From OCS116 cluster bacterium AG-430-B22 (lineage in GTDB: Bacteria; Pseudomonadota; Alphaproteobacteria; MED-G09): 64,000 nucleotides of DNA. The DNA lies in contig QCOD01000007.1 in NCBI GenBank assembly GCA_003209955.1, positions 2,208 to 66,207 on the forward strand. Reading direction: 5' to 3'. Below the pieces are notes generated by a model. That model saw nothing but the letters and a program-made list of their open reading frames with translations. It did no database searches and had not been told where the DNA came from. Below are positions 19,234 through 27,024 of the stretch, in pieces; the stretch's first letter is position 1, and each line of letters opens with the position of its first letter. The translations under genes were made by a program, and so were the position numbers.

Positions 19234-19350
19234 ATGTCTAAAAAGGATCAAAAGAAAAAACGACCAATTAGACAAAAACAAGGGACTTATGAAAGAGTTG
19301 TAGAAAGTAAAAAAAAATATAATCGAAAAAAAAGTAAAATTAATCTATAA
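19234..19350 (+). CDS. 38-aa highly basic micro-protein (MSKKDQKKKRPIRQKQGTYERVVESKKKYNRKKSKINL)
   Basis: Hand-translated. About 45% Lys/Arg. Starts 6 nt after the previous stop. Confidence 0.35.
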   Translation: MSKKDQKKKRPIRQKQGTYERVVESKKKYNRKKSKINL

Positions 19351-19373
19351 ATTCTATTTTTATAGGAGTTAAA

Positions 19374-19535
19374 ATGAATCTGTTTAATATGGCTAAAGAC
19401 CTTAAGGGTATGGAAAAAATGATGAAACCAGCACTTGAAAAATTTATGAAAGACTCTGGTTTCGTAAAAAAAGATGAATTAACAAAACTAGAAAATAAAA
19501 TTAAAGAATTAGAAGATAAAATTAATAAAATTTAA
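19374..19535 (+). CDS. 53-aa coiled-coil protein, BMFP/UbiK-like (MNLFNMAKDLKGMEKMMKPALEKFMKDSGFVKKDELTKLENKIKELEDKINKI)
   Basis: Hand-translated. AGGAG RBS 5 nt upstream. The GFVKKDEL...LE..I..LE pattern resembles UbiK/BMFP family C-termini. Confidence 0.55.
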   Translation: MNLFNMAKDLKGMEKMMKPALEKFMKDSGFVKKDELTKLENKIKELEDKINKI

Positions 19536-19940
19536 TTATATTTTTTTTAAGATACCACTAAAAGAAGCTATTATACCTTCATTATTGAAAATTTTTCCTT
19601 TTAAAAACAATAATGATTTTGTTGCTTTCGTGATTTTTCCATTTGAGAATATAATTCCTTTTTCATATGAGGCCATTAAAAATTCAGTTGAACAGCTAAT
19701 AGTTACATAATTACTTTTTGAAGTGTATTTATGTCCAATTATAAACAATGCATAATCTGCAAAACTCATTATCATCCCTCCATGTAATGAATTAATTGAA
19801 TTTATATGATGGTCTTTAAAGTCAAAAGCGGCAATAGGTTTATCATCTTCAATCTTAAAATAGAAAGGACCAACAAAATTTTCATAAGGTTCTTCTACAT
19901 GCCATGTTTGAAAATTTTTTAAATCTTCTGATTTCTTCAT
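19536..19940 (-). CDS. PaaI-family hotdog-fold thioesterase
   Basis: 134 aa with the HGGMIMSFADYAL motif. Abuts the convergent 53-aa gene with no gap. Confidence 0.8.
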   Translation of the reverse strand: MKKSEDLKNFQTWHVEEPYENFVGPFYFKIEDDKPIAAFDFKDHHINSINSLHGGMIMSFADYALFIIGHKYTSKSNYVTISCSTEFLMASYEKGIIFSNGKITKATKSLLFLKGKIFNNEGIIASFSGILKKI

Positions 19941-20000
19941 TTTGTTACCTATAAGTAAATTTACATATAATCAATTTTTATTTATCATAAGATTAAATAT

Positions 20001-20534
20001 ATGGAGAAAAATGAAATTATGACAGATGAAAATCAACTATCTTCAGAAGAAATTAAAAAACTAAGAAACCTTATTGATACAGAAGAAATTAAAAAACTAA
20101 GGCTTAAATATTCATATCATATGGATGCAAGGGAGCTAGATGAACTAATGAATGTTTTTGCAGATGGTGCAGTGTGTGGATATGGTCCATATGGTGATTG
20201 GGAAGGCAAGGAGACTATATACAACAACTATAAGGAAACCTTTAAAGACACAATTGATACACCTTTTGTGAGCATGCATGTTAATACAAATCATTTAGTT
20301 GAAATCACTGGTCCAGATACAGCAAAAGGTAGAGTATATCTTTTGGACGTAATAACTAAAAATATGGATGGATCTGATATCGAAGAAGGTAAAAGTAATT
20401 TTTTATGGTTTGCTTTATATGATGAGGAATATGTCAAAATTAATGATGAATGGAAGGTTAAGAGAATGGATTTGCATTTCTTCTGGCCAGAAAGACATAT
20501 TGCTAAAGACTTTTCAACTAAGTTTTTATTATAA
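20001..20534 (+). CDS. SnoaL_4-type NTF2-like protein with a duplicated N-terminal heptad segment
   Basis: IKKLRLKYSYHMDARELDELMNVFADGAV and WKVKRMDLHF. The start is ambiguous (ATG at 20001 or 20019). Confidence 0.7.
   Translation: MEKNEIMTDENQLSSEEIKKLRNLIDTEEIKKLRLKYSYHMDARELDELMNVFADGAVCGYGPYGDWEGKETIYNNYKETFKDTIDTPFVSMHVNTNHLVEITGPDTAKGRVYLLDVITKNMDGSDIEEGKSNFLWFALYDEEYVKINDEWKVKRMDLHFFWPERHIAKDFSTKFLL
20044..20101 (+). repeat. 22-nt perfect direct repeat CAGAAGAAATTAAAAAACTAAG at a 36-nt (12-codon) spacing
   Basis: Read directly. Gives the EEIKKLR...EEIKKLR duplication in the encoded protein. Confidence 0.85.
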
Positions 20535-20535
20535 A

Positions 20536-21105
20536 ATGATTAAATTATTCCATAAAATATTATTTTTCTTTTTATTCAATTTTATAATTCAGACAAATTC
20601 TTATGCTTTTATAACAGTATTGGGTAAAGGCGATGCATCATTATGTTTTCAGTCAGCCAAAACTGGCACAGGTGGTGTAACAGCTGTTAACACATGTCTT
20701 TCAGCTATTAATGATGTTGGTTTAACTCAGAAAGATTTATATGCCACATATGTTAATTTAGGAATAATTTATAATAATTCTAAAAAACCTGATAACGCTA
20801 TAAAATATTTAAATAAAGGTCTTGAATACAAAAATACAATCCCTGAATCACTCTTAAGCCTTGGTAATAGCTTTTATTTAAAAAAAAATTATAAAAAAGC
20901 TATTGAGCTATACGATCAATCATTAGATAAAGGGCTAAATGATGTATCAGCAGTATATTTTAACAAGGGTTTAGTATACGAGAGATTACGAAATGTCGAT
21001 TTAGCACTTCAATTCTATAAGAAAGCTATTGAATTAAAACCTCAATATTACGATTATTTTGAAAAAAGAGCCCGACTTCAGAAGTCCGGTGAGTGGTTAA
21101 ATTAA
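20536..21105 (+). CDS. Secreted tetratricopeptide (TPR) repeat protein
   Basis: Signal peptide from the ATG at 20536; the track ORF at 20368 overlaps the upstream gene. TPR-like repeats (NLGIIYNNSKKPDNAIKYLNKGLE; YFNKGLVYERLRNVDLALQFYKKAIELKP). Confidence 0.8.
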   Translation: MIKLFHKILFFFLFNFIIQTNSYAFITVLGKGDASLCFQSAKTGTGGVTAVNTCLSAINDVGLTQKDLYATYVNLGIIYNNSKKPDNAIKYLNKGLEYKNTIPESLLSLGNSFYLKKNYKKAIELYDQSLDKGLNDVSAVYFNKGLVYERLRNVDLALQFYKKAIELKPQYYDYFEKRARLQKSGEWLN

Positions 21106-21109
21106 ATAA

Positions 21110-21226
21110 ATGATAAAGTTCTTAGCAGGAATCTTGTTTGGGATAATTTTGTCAATTTATTTTCAAAAAGATATAACCAGTTTGATAAATAGTTTAGATA
21201 AAATCCTTAATTTTTTTACAAATTAG
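21110..21226 (+). CDS. 38-aa micro-ORF with an N-terminal TM helix (MIKFLAGILFGIILSIYFQKDITSLINSLDKILNFFTN)
   Basis: Hand-translated. Starts 4 nt after the TPR gene stop. Confidence 0.3.
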   Translation: MIKFLAGILFGIILSIYFQKDITSLINSLDKILNFFTN

Positions 21227-21230
21227 TTAG

Positions 21231-21974
21231 TTAAAACTCGTAACCAATTTTAAATCCATATATTGAATTCTTTTTATCTGTTCCAATTGGGGGAGATGAG
21301 TCATGAATATATTCATAATTAATATTAATAAAAAAACTGTCTGTCGCTTTTACTCTTAAGCCTAATCTTAATAGTGATCTTATTTCAGATAAATCCTCAA
21401 TATCCGGTTGAAAATATATTAATGTATTAAATGATGTATTTTCCGAGATATTAAATAAATAATTTAAGTAAGTATTAATTCTAACTGTATTTCGTTCATC
21501 AAGATCAATTCTTTTTTCATTTTCATCAAATACGCCAACTCCAAGTCTTAAATTTTTTAAGGGACTTAGCCTGATACCTATTCCAAATAGATTTCTCTCT
21601 TCAATTTTTTCTAGAGGCTTCTCATTTGTTTGAATAAAGAATTCTGTTGCTATTAATGATGTAATTTCTCTAGCAAATCTTATATGAAAAAATGTATTAT
21701 CTTCATTTACTCTTTCATCTTTTTCTCTTCTAGAATAATTAAATATTAGGAATCTATTCCATACTTCATTATTAAAATCAAATCTTGTTCCAATTGAATA
21801 ATTTGTTCTATCGACTGTTCCACTTGATCCATCAAAGCCAAGATTAAGCGATATCTTAGTTCCAATTAAATCTTCTTTACGAGATGTTTCTATGTCAATA
21901 ATTTGACTCTCCAAGGTAATGCTAAAGATAATAAAAGATAAAAATGTTAAAAATTTTGTATTATTAAAATTCAT
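21231..21974 (-). CDS. Outer-membrane beta-barrel protein (DUF481/YdiY-like)
   Basis: Signal peptide, alternating-hydrophobic beta strands, C-terminal beta-signal GFKIGYEF. ATGA overlap with the upstream MscS gene. Confidence 0.65.
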   Translation of the reverse strand: MNFNNTKFLTFLSFIIFSITLESQIIDIETSRKEDLIGTKISLNLGFDGSSGTVDRTNYSIGTRFDFNNEVWNRFLIFNYSRREKDERVNEDNTFFHIRFAREITSLIATEFFIQTNEKPLEKIEERNLFGIGIRLSPLKNLRLGVGVFDENEKRIDLDERNTVRINTYLNYLFNISENTSFNTLIYFQPDIEDLSEIRSLLRLGLRVKATDSFFININYEYIHDSSPPIGTDKKNSIYGFKIGYEF

Positions 21975-22954
21975 TTTATATTTTCTTTAATGTAGATATC
22001 TCTTTGTGGAAAAGGAATTTCAATATTATTTTCTTTAAACTTATTCCATATATCAAACATTACTTCACTTTGAGGTCCAAATCTTCCTTCATCTACATCG
22101 CCAATCCAAAAATGAAGTAAAAAATTAACGGAGCTATCAGCAAATTCTCTCAAAAAACAATTTGGTTTTGGATCTTTGAGTGTTCTTGGATGCTCTAATG
22201 CAGCCTCCAATATTAGTTTTTTTACTAAATCGAGATCAGATGAATAAGCAACACCAATGGTTATTTCTATTCTCGAGTCAGTATCTGAATGTGTATAATT
22301 TATGACTTTACTTGTAATGAGATCTTCATTTGGGACCATAACCTCTTTGCCATCAAAAGTTCTTATTCTTGAGTTCCTTTGCCCAGTATTTTTAAGAGTA
22401 CCTAAAGTTCCATCATTTAATTGAATAATATCTTCATTTTCTATTGTGTTATCAAAAAGGAGAATAATACCGCTTACATAATTAGATATAATTTTTTGTA
22501 ATCCAAATCCAATCCCTACTACCAGAGCAGAAGTTAGGAATGCTAAACTTGATAAATCTACACCAAGTATATTTAGGCCAATAATAATAAATAAAATAAA
22601 CAAAAATATCTTAGATATTAAAGAGATCCTATTGATTGTATTTGAATTAAATATTGTGGAATTTAATTTTGAAAGTTTATTTATGCCTTTATCAGCCAAA
22701 TCAATCACAAAACCAGTTATTGAAAAGAAGGCTGTTGAAAGTAAAAGAAATCTTATCCCATCGTAAACAGTGTAATTATCTTCATTAATTGTTATTGATA
22801 ATGTCTCAGAGTCTAGAACATTTTTAATTGGCTGAAGAAATAAAAGATTATCTAATGAAAATAAAATTAATAACGAAAATACTAAAATGGAAATAGCCAA
22901 AAATAATCTTGGTATAAAGATAGCAAGAATTAATCTTTGAAAAAAAGTTTTCAT
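21971..22954 (-). CDS. Mechanosensitive ion channel family protein (MscS-like)
   Basis: VGIGFGLQKIISNYVSGIILLFD pore-helix motif followed by a beta domain (RIRTFDGKEVMVPNEDL). Confidence 0.88.
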   Translation of the reverse strand: MKTFFQRLILAIFIPRLFLAISILVFSLLILFSLDNLLFLQPIKNVLDSETLSITINEDNYTVYDGIRFLLLSTAFFSITGFVIDLADKGINKLSKLNSTIFNSNTINRISLISKIFLFILFIIIGLNILGVDLSSLAFLTSALVVGIGFGLQKIISNYVSGIILLFDNTIENEDIIQLNDGTLGTLKNTGQRNSRIRTFDGKEVMVPNEDLITSKVINYTHSDTDSRIEITIGVAYSSDLDLVKKLILEAALEHPRTLKDPKPNCFLREFADSSVNFLLHFWIGDVDEGRFGPQSEVMFDIWNKFKENNIEIPFPQRDIYIKENIK

Positions 22955-23071
22955 TTAAATTTAATTATCAGATTCGCAGTATTTATTTATTATTATTATT
23001 ATATTAGTGTTAAAAAAATATCTGCTATTATTAAGTAGACTGATAGAATATTAACAATTGGAGTAATTATT

Positions 23072-23425
23072 ATGGAAAACACTGATATTATTATTACCGC
23101 TACATTTGATGTAGATCCAAATGAATTGGATGATTTAATGGCGAAATGTAAACCACTTATAGATGGGGCCCTTGAAGAGGAGGGTTGTCAAGATTATAGT
23201 TGGACTTTAGATCCATATGTTCCTGGACGTATATGGGTAATGGAAAGATGGGAAAGTGAAGAATCATTAAAAAAACACTTTGAAGATGAGTGGTATAAAA
23301 ATATGGGCGCTACCTTGAATGAAGTAGGTCTTTTGAATGCTTTCTCAGCAAAATATAAAATAGTAAAACAGGAACCTGTTTATGATGATTCAGGAACTCC
23401 AAGAGCTGATTTTTTTAGTAATTAA
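23072..23425 (+). CDS. ABM (antibiotic biosynthesis monooxygenase)-fold protein, YgiN-like
   Basis: 117 aa. EGCQDYSWTLDP...WVMERWESEESLKKHF is typical of the ABM domain. Confidence 0.7.
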   Translation: MENTDIIITATFDVDPNELDDLMAKCKPLIDGALEEEGCQDYSWTLDPYVPGRIWVMERWESEESLKKHFEDEWYKNMGATLNEVGLLNAFSAKYKIVKQEPVYDDSGTPRADFFSN

Positions 23426-23461
23426 TTAAAATAATAAGAAATAAATTATAGGAAAAAAGAT

Positions 23462-23920
23462 ATGAGTGATGATTATGCAATTAGACAATTAGTGGAAAAA
23501 TACGCCGATGCCGTAAATAGAGTTGATAAAGATGATTGGGGTTCTACTTGGTGTGAAGATTCAGAATGGGATTTAAGTAGTATGCCTGCTGTAAAAGGAA
23601 AAGATGCTATTGTTGAGCTATGGGTTAATGCTATGGCCGGTTTTCCTTTTGTTGCCCAGTTAATTCAAAATGGGACAACTGAAATTAATGGTGATACAGC
23701 AACTGGTAGATGGTATATAGTTGAGCACATACAAACTACAGAGAAAGACTCTGAAGGAAATCCTGTAGGTTTTTTTAATGTTGGAGTTTATCAAGATAAA
23801 TATATTAAAGAAAATGGTAAATGGTTATTTAAATTAAGAAAATATGCTGTTCTTTATAATGATAATGGAACAGGAAATATGACTGGAACTGCCAATCCTT
23901 ACCCTGAATTAATAAAATAA
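23462..23920 (+). CDS. SnoaL_4-type NTF2-like protein
   Basis: IRQLVEKYADAVNRVDKDDWGSTW and GKWLFKLRKY patterns, 152 aa. Confidence 0.75.
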   Translation: MSDDYAIRQLVEKYADAVNRVDKDDWGSTWCEDSEWDLSSMPAVKGKDAIVELWVNAMAGFPFVAQLIQNGTTEINGDTATGRWYIVEHIQTTEKDSEGNPVGFFNVGVYQDKYIKENGKWLFKLRKYAVLYNDNGTGNMTGTANPYPELIK

Positions 23921-23956
23921 TACGATGAGATAGCTCTTAAAGATAAAAAAATAAAG

Positions 23957-24823
23957 CTAGAATTCAGGAAAATCCTTTCCAAAAGGAATATCAAAATTAT
24001 CTAATAAAGGATTTAAACTATATGTTATTTTTCTAAGATAATTTGATAATTCATCATTTGTCATAGACTCATCCAGTGAGTCAAATTTTATTGGATCGCC
24101 AATTTTTAATGGAACTGATGAATTTATCCTTCTTCTCACCTCATGAAAGAGCAATGCAGATCTTAAAGTTTGACTAATGTGGCTTGCAACATGAAATAAA
24201 CGACTGTTTTGTCCGTAAAAATATATTGGCAGAATAGTAGCTTTACTTCGTTTAATTAATCTAGCTGTAAAATTTCTCCATTTTGGATCATAAGCTTCTT
24301 TAGTAAATACAGTATTAGTAGTAGAAACAGTCCCACCTGGAAAAATTACTACAGCACCGCCATCATTAAGAAAGTTTCTGGCAATTTTTCTTGTTTCAAT
24401 ATTTGTGTTTAATGCTTCCTTAGTTCCAGAAAAATCAATAGGCAAGAGATAGCCTTTAGTTTCAGGAGCTCTTAATAATAAAGCATGAGTTAAAACTTTA
24501 AATTCTTTTCTTATTTTTTTAGATAACCAACAAATAACTAGACCATCAAGCACACCAAAAGGGTGATTAGCTACAATAACCAATGGTCCATCTTTCGGTA
24601 TTTTTGCAATTTTTTCTTCATTATATTTCACATTTAATTCTAATATATCAATACATCCATCCCAAAAGTCCTCCCAATTCTCTGGATGAGTTTGATAATT
24701 TCTATAAAGGTTATACAATTTTGGTTGGCCAGAAAAAAATTCAATGGATCGAATAAAAGCTTTTCTTGGAAAAGAATCTTCTGGATTCGCATAACTAAAA
24801 TATTTTGTGTCTAAATATTCCAT
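23957..24823 (-). CDS. Lysophospholipid (PlsC-type) acyltransferase family protein
   Basis: HX4D motif (NHPFGVLDG) and FPGGTVS motif, 288 aa. Confidence 0.8.
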   Translation of the reverse strand: MEYLDTKYFSYANPEDSFPRKAFIRSIEFFSGQPKLYNLYRNYQTHPENWEDFWDGCIDILELNVKYNEEKIAKIPKDGPLVIVANHPFGVLDGLVICWLSKKIRKEFKVLTHALLLRAPETKGYLLPIDFSGTKEALNTNIETRKIARNFLNDGGAVVIFPGGTVSTTNTVFTKEAYDPKWRNFTARLIKRSKATILPIYFYGQNSRLFHVASHISQTLRSALLFHEVRRRINSSVPLKIGDPIKFDSLDESMTNDELSNYLRKITYSLNPLLDNFDIPFGKDFPEF

Positions 24824-25579
24824 TTATTTATCTTTATCTTTTATTTTAACAATTGTAGGCATATGTTTTAAATAATCTTTATCACCAATTTTTATAAGAG
24901 TATATTTTGTATTTGTGGACGGAGCAAAAAGAGGTTTATTTCTTTTCTTTAATATTGGAGCAAGAATCATTCCTGCTATAAAACCACCAATATGTGCCGA
25001 ATAAGCTACACCTGATTGCCCTTGATCTATAACATTAACTAATTGAAGACCCATCCATATTCCAAGTACTATAAAAGCAGGAACAGTTATTAATCTAACA
25101 ATAAAAACTATCCACATAAATACCCAAATTTTTGCTCTTGGGTACATAATTAAATATGCTCCTAATACACCTGCAATTGCTCCGCTAGCGCCTATCATTG
25201 GGATAGGGCTATTTGGATCATATAAAATTTGAGCAAAAACTGCTGCAAAACCACATAACAAGTAAAATATTATAAATCTAACTTTTCCAAAGCTATCCTC
25301 AATATTATCTCCAAATATCCATAAATAGACCATGTTACCTATCAGATGCGATAAATTACCATGTACAAACATTGAACTTATTATTGTAAACCATTGATTA
25401 TTAATATTATTTAATAGTTTAACCGGTGTTATCCCGAATGATCTTACAAAATTATTAAAATCTATTTGATTTAAACCCATTTGATAGAAAAATGTTAAAG
25501 AACAAAGGGTTATTAAAAGCCAGGATATATATGGCTTCATTGAAGTTGGATTATCATCTCTGAATGGAAAAAAGAACAT
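24824..25579 (-). CDS. Rhomboid family intramembrane serine protease
   Basis: HGNLSHLIGNM, catalytic GASGAIAGVLGAY and AHIGGFIAG motifs, 6-7 TM. Confidence 0.92.
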   Translation of the reverse strand: MFFFPFRDDNPTSMKPYISWLLITLCSLTFFYQMGLNQIDFNNFVRSFGITPVKLLNNINNQWFTIISSMFVHGNLSHLIGNMVYLWIFGDNIEDSFGKVRFIIFYLLCGFAAVFAQILYDPNSPIPMIGASGAIAGVLGAYLIMYPRAKIWVFMWIVFIVRLITVPAFIVLGIWMGLQLVNVIDQGQSGVAYSAHIGGFIAGMILAPILKKRNKPLFAPSTNTKYTLIKIGDKDYLKHMPTIVKIKDKDK

Positions 25580-25686
25580 TTAATAAATACCTACCTATCC
25601 ATATTTTTAGTTACATAGAGATACAAGAGTTGATTTCAAATATACAGCAAAATCAGTCATTTTATCCATTCATTATAACTTTAACT

Positions 25687-27015
25687 ATGACAAAAAAAAT
25701 AACATCAATAGTTCTTGCCGCTGGAAAAGGGACAAGAATGAATTCAACTTTACCTAAACCTTTACATTCTGTAGCAGGAAAGCCTATGTTGACTCATATA
25801 ATAGAAAATATTAATGCAGCTAATATTAATGATATTATAGTCGTTATTAATAATGATAGTAATGATTTAAAAAATTATCTTAATAAAAACCATCCTGATG
25901 TAAGAACTTCCGTTCAAGAAAATCAAAATGGAACTGGTGATGCGGTTAAATCTGTATTTAATAATTATGACTTATCAGATAGTGATGGGGTAGTAGTTAT
26001 TTTTGGTGATACGCCTTTACTTAAGTTAGAAACAATTCAGAAACTGTCAGATTTTTCCTTAAAAAATGACTTAACAATTATGGTTTTTGAGGCTGAAAAC
26101 CCAAAAGGATATGGAAGAATTATTTTAAAGGATGGCAAGCTTCATTCAATCATTGAAGAAATTGATACTACTGAAGAAAATAAAAATATCAAACTCTGCA
26201 ATGGTGGGGTAATGGCATTTAAAAATAATGATTTAAAAAAACTTTTAGGATTACTTAAAAACAACAACCCAAAAAAAGAATTTGTTTTATCGGATATGGT
26301 TGAAGTTATAAATGATCAAGGTGGTTCATCCGAATATATTCAATGTGAAGAACTTGAAATTTTTGGAGTTGATACAAAAATTGGTCTAGCAAAGGCTGAG
26401 AAAGAATTTCAAAATAGATTAAGAAAAAAATTTATGTCCGAAGGCGTGACTCTGCTTGATCCTGAGTCTGTCTTTTTTCAATCTGATACTGTTATTGAGG
26501 AAAATGTTATAATTCAAAATAATGTCTTTTTTGGAAAAAATGTACATTTAAAAAGTGGTGTTACTGTAAGGTCATTTTCATATGTAGAGGAAGCAATCAT
26601 TCATGAAAATGCCACAATTGGACCATTTTCTCGTCTTAGAGGAAATGTAAGTATTGGTATGGATTGTAAAATAGGAAATTTCGTTGAGGTTAAAAACTCT
26701 ATTTTAGATAAGGATGTTAAGGCTAGTCACCTTTCTTATCTGGGGGATAGTCAAATTGAAGAAAATTCAAATATTGGGGCAGGAACAATTACTTGTAATT
26801 ATGATGGTGTAAATAAAAATAAAACCCATATTGGAAAAAATACTTTTATTGGATCAAATACATCTCTTGTTGCACCTGTTGAAATTGGTGATGATGCCCA
26901 TATTGGTGCTGGTTCAGTAATTACAAAAAATGTTGAAAAAGAAAGTTTAGTTTTAACAAGAGCCCCTTTGAAGACTGTTTCAAATTGGGCAAAGAAATTT
27001 TTGGGTAATAACTAG
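25687..27015 (+). CDS. glmU: Bifunctional UDP-N-acetylglucosamine diphosphorylase / glucosamine-1-phosphate N-acetyltransferase
   Basis: LAAGKGTRM motif and C-terminal left-handed beta-helix hexapeptide repeats. The track ORF at 25564 overlaps the divergent rhomboid gene, so the ATG at 25687 is preferred. Confidence 0.93.
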   Translation: MTKKITSIVLAAGKGTRMNSTLPKPLHSVAGKPMLTHIIENINAANINDIIVVINNDSNDLKNYLNKNHPDVRTSVQENQNGTGDAVKSVFNNYDLSDSDGVVVIFGDTPLLKLETIQKLSDFSLKNDLTIMVFEAENPKGYGRIILKDGKLHSIIEEIDTTEENKNIKLCNGGVMAFKNNDLKKLLGLLKNNNPKKEFVLSDMVEVINDQGGSSEYIQCEELEIFGVDTKIGLAKAEKEFQNRLRKKFMSEGVTLLDPESVFFQSDTVIEENVIIQNNVFFGKNVHLKSGVTVRSFSYVEEAIIHENATIGPFSRLRGNVSIGMDCKIGNFVEVKNSILDKDVKASHLSYLGDSQIEENSNIGAGTITCNYDGVNKNKTHIGKNTFIGSNTSLVAPVEIGDDAHIGAGSVITKNVEKESLVLTRAPLKTVSNWAKKFLGNN

Positions 27016-27024
27016 GAGATTGTT

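Noticed and set aside
21071-21090. Imperfect inverted repeat CCGACTTCA/GAAGTCCGG near the end of the TPR gene as a terminator.
   Set aside because: It lies inside the coding sequence, is imperfect, and is not followed by a T-run.
10409-23956. Classical tRNA-targeted integrative island downstream of tRNA-Lys.
   Set aside because: No integrase, excisionase, transposase or phage gene is present. By eye I found no direct repeat of the tRNA 3' end further downstream. The block is reported only as an accessory-looking region, not as a mobile element.
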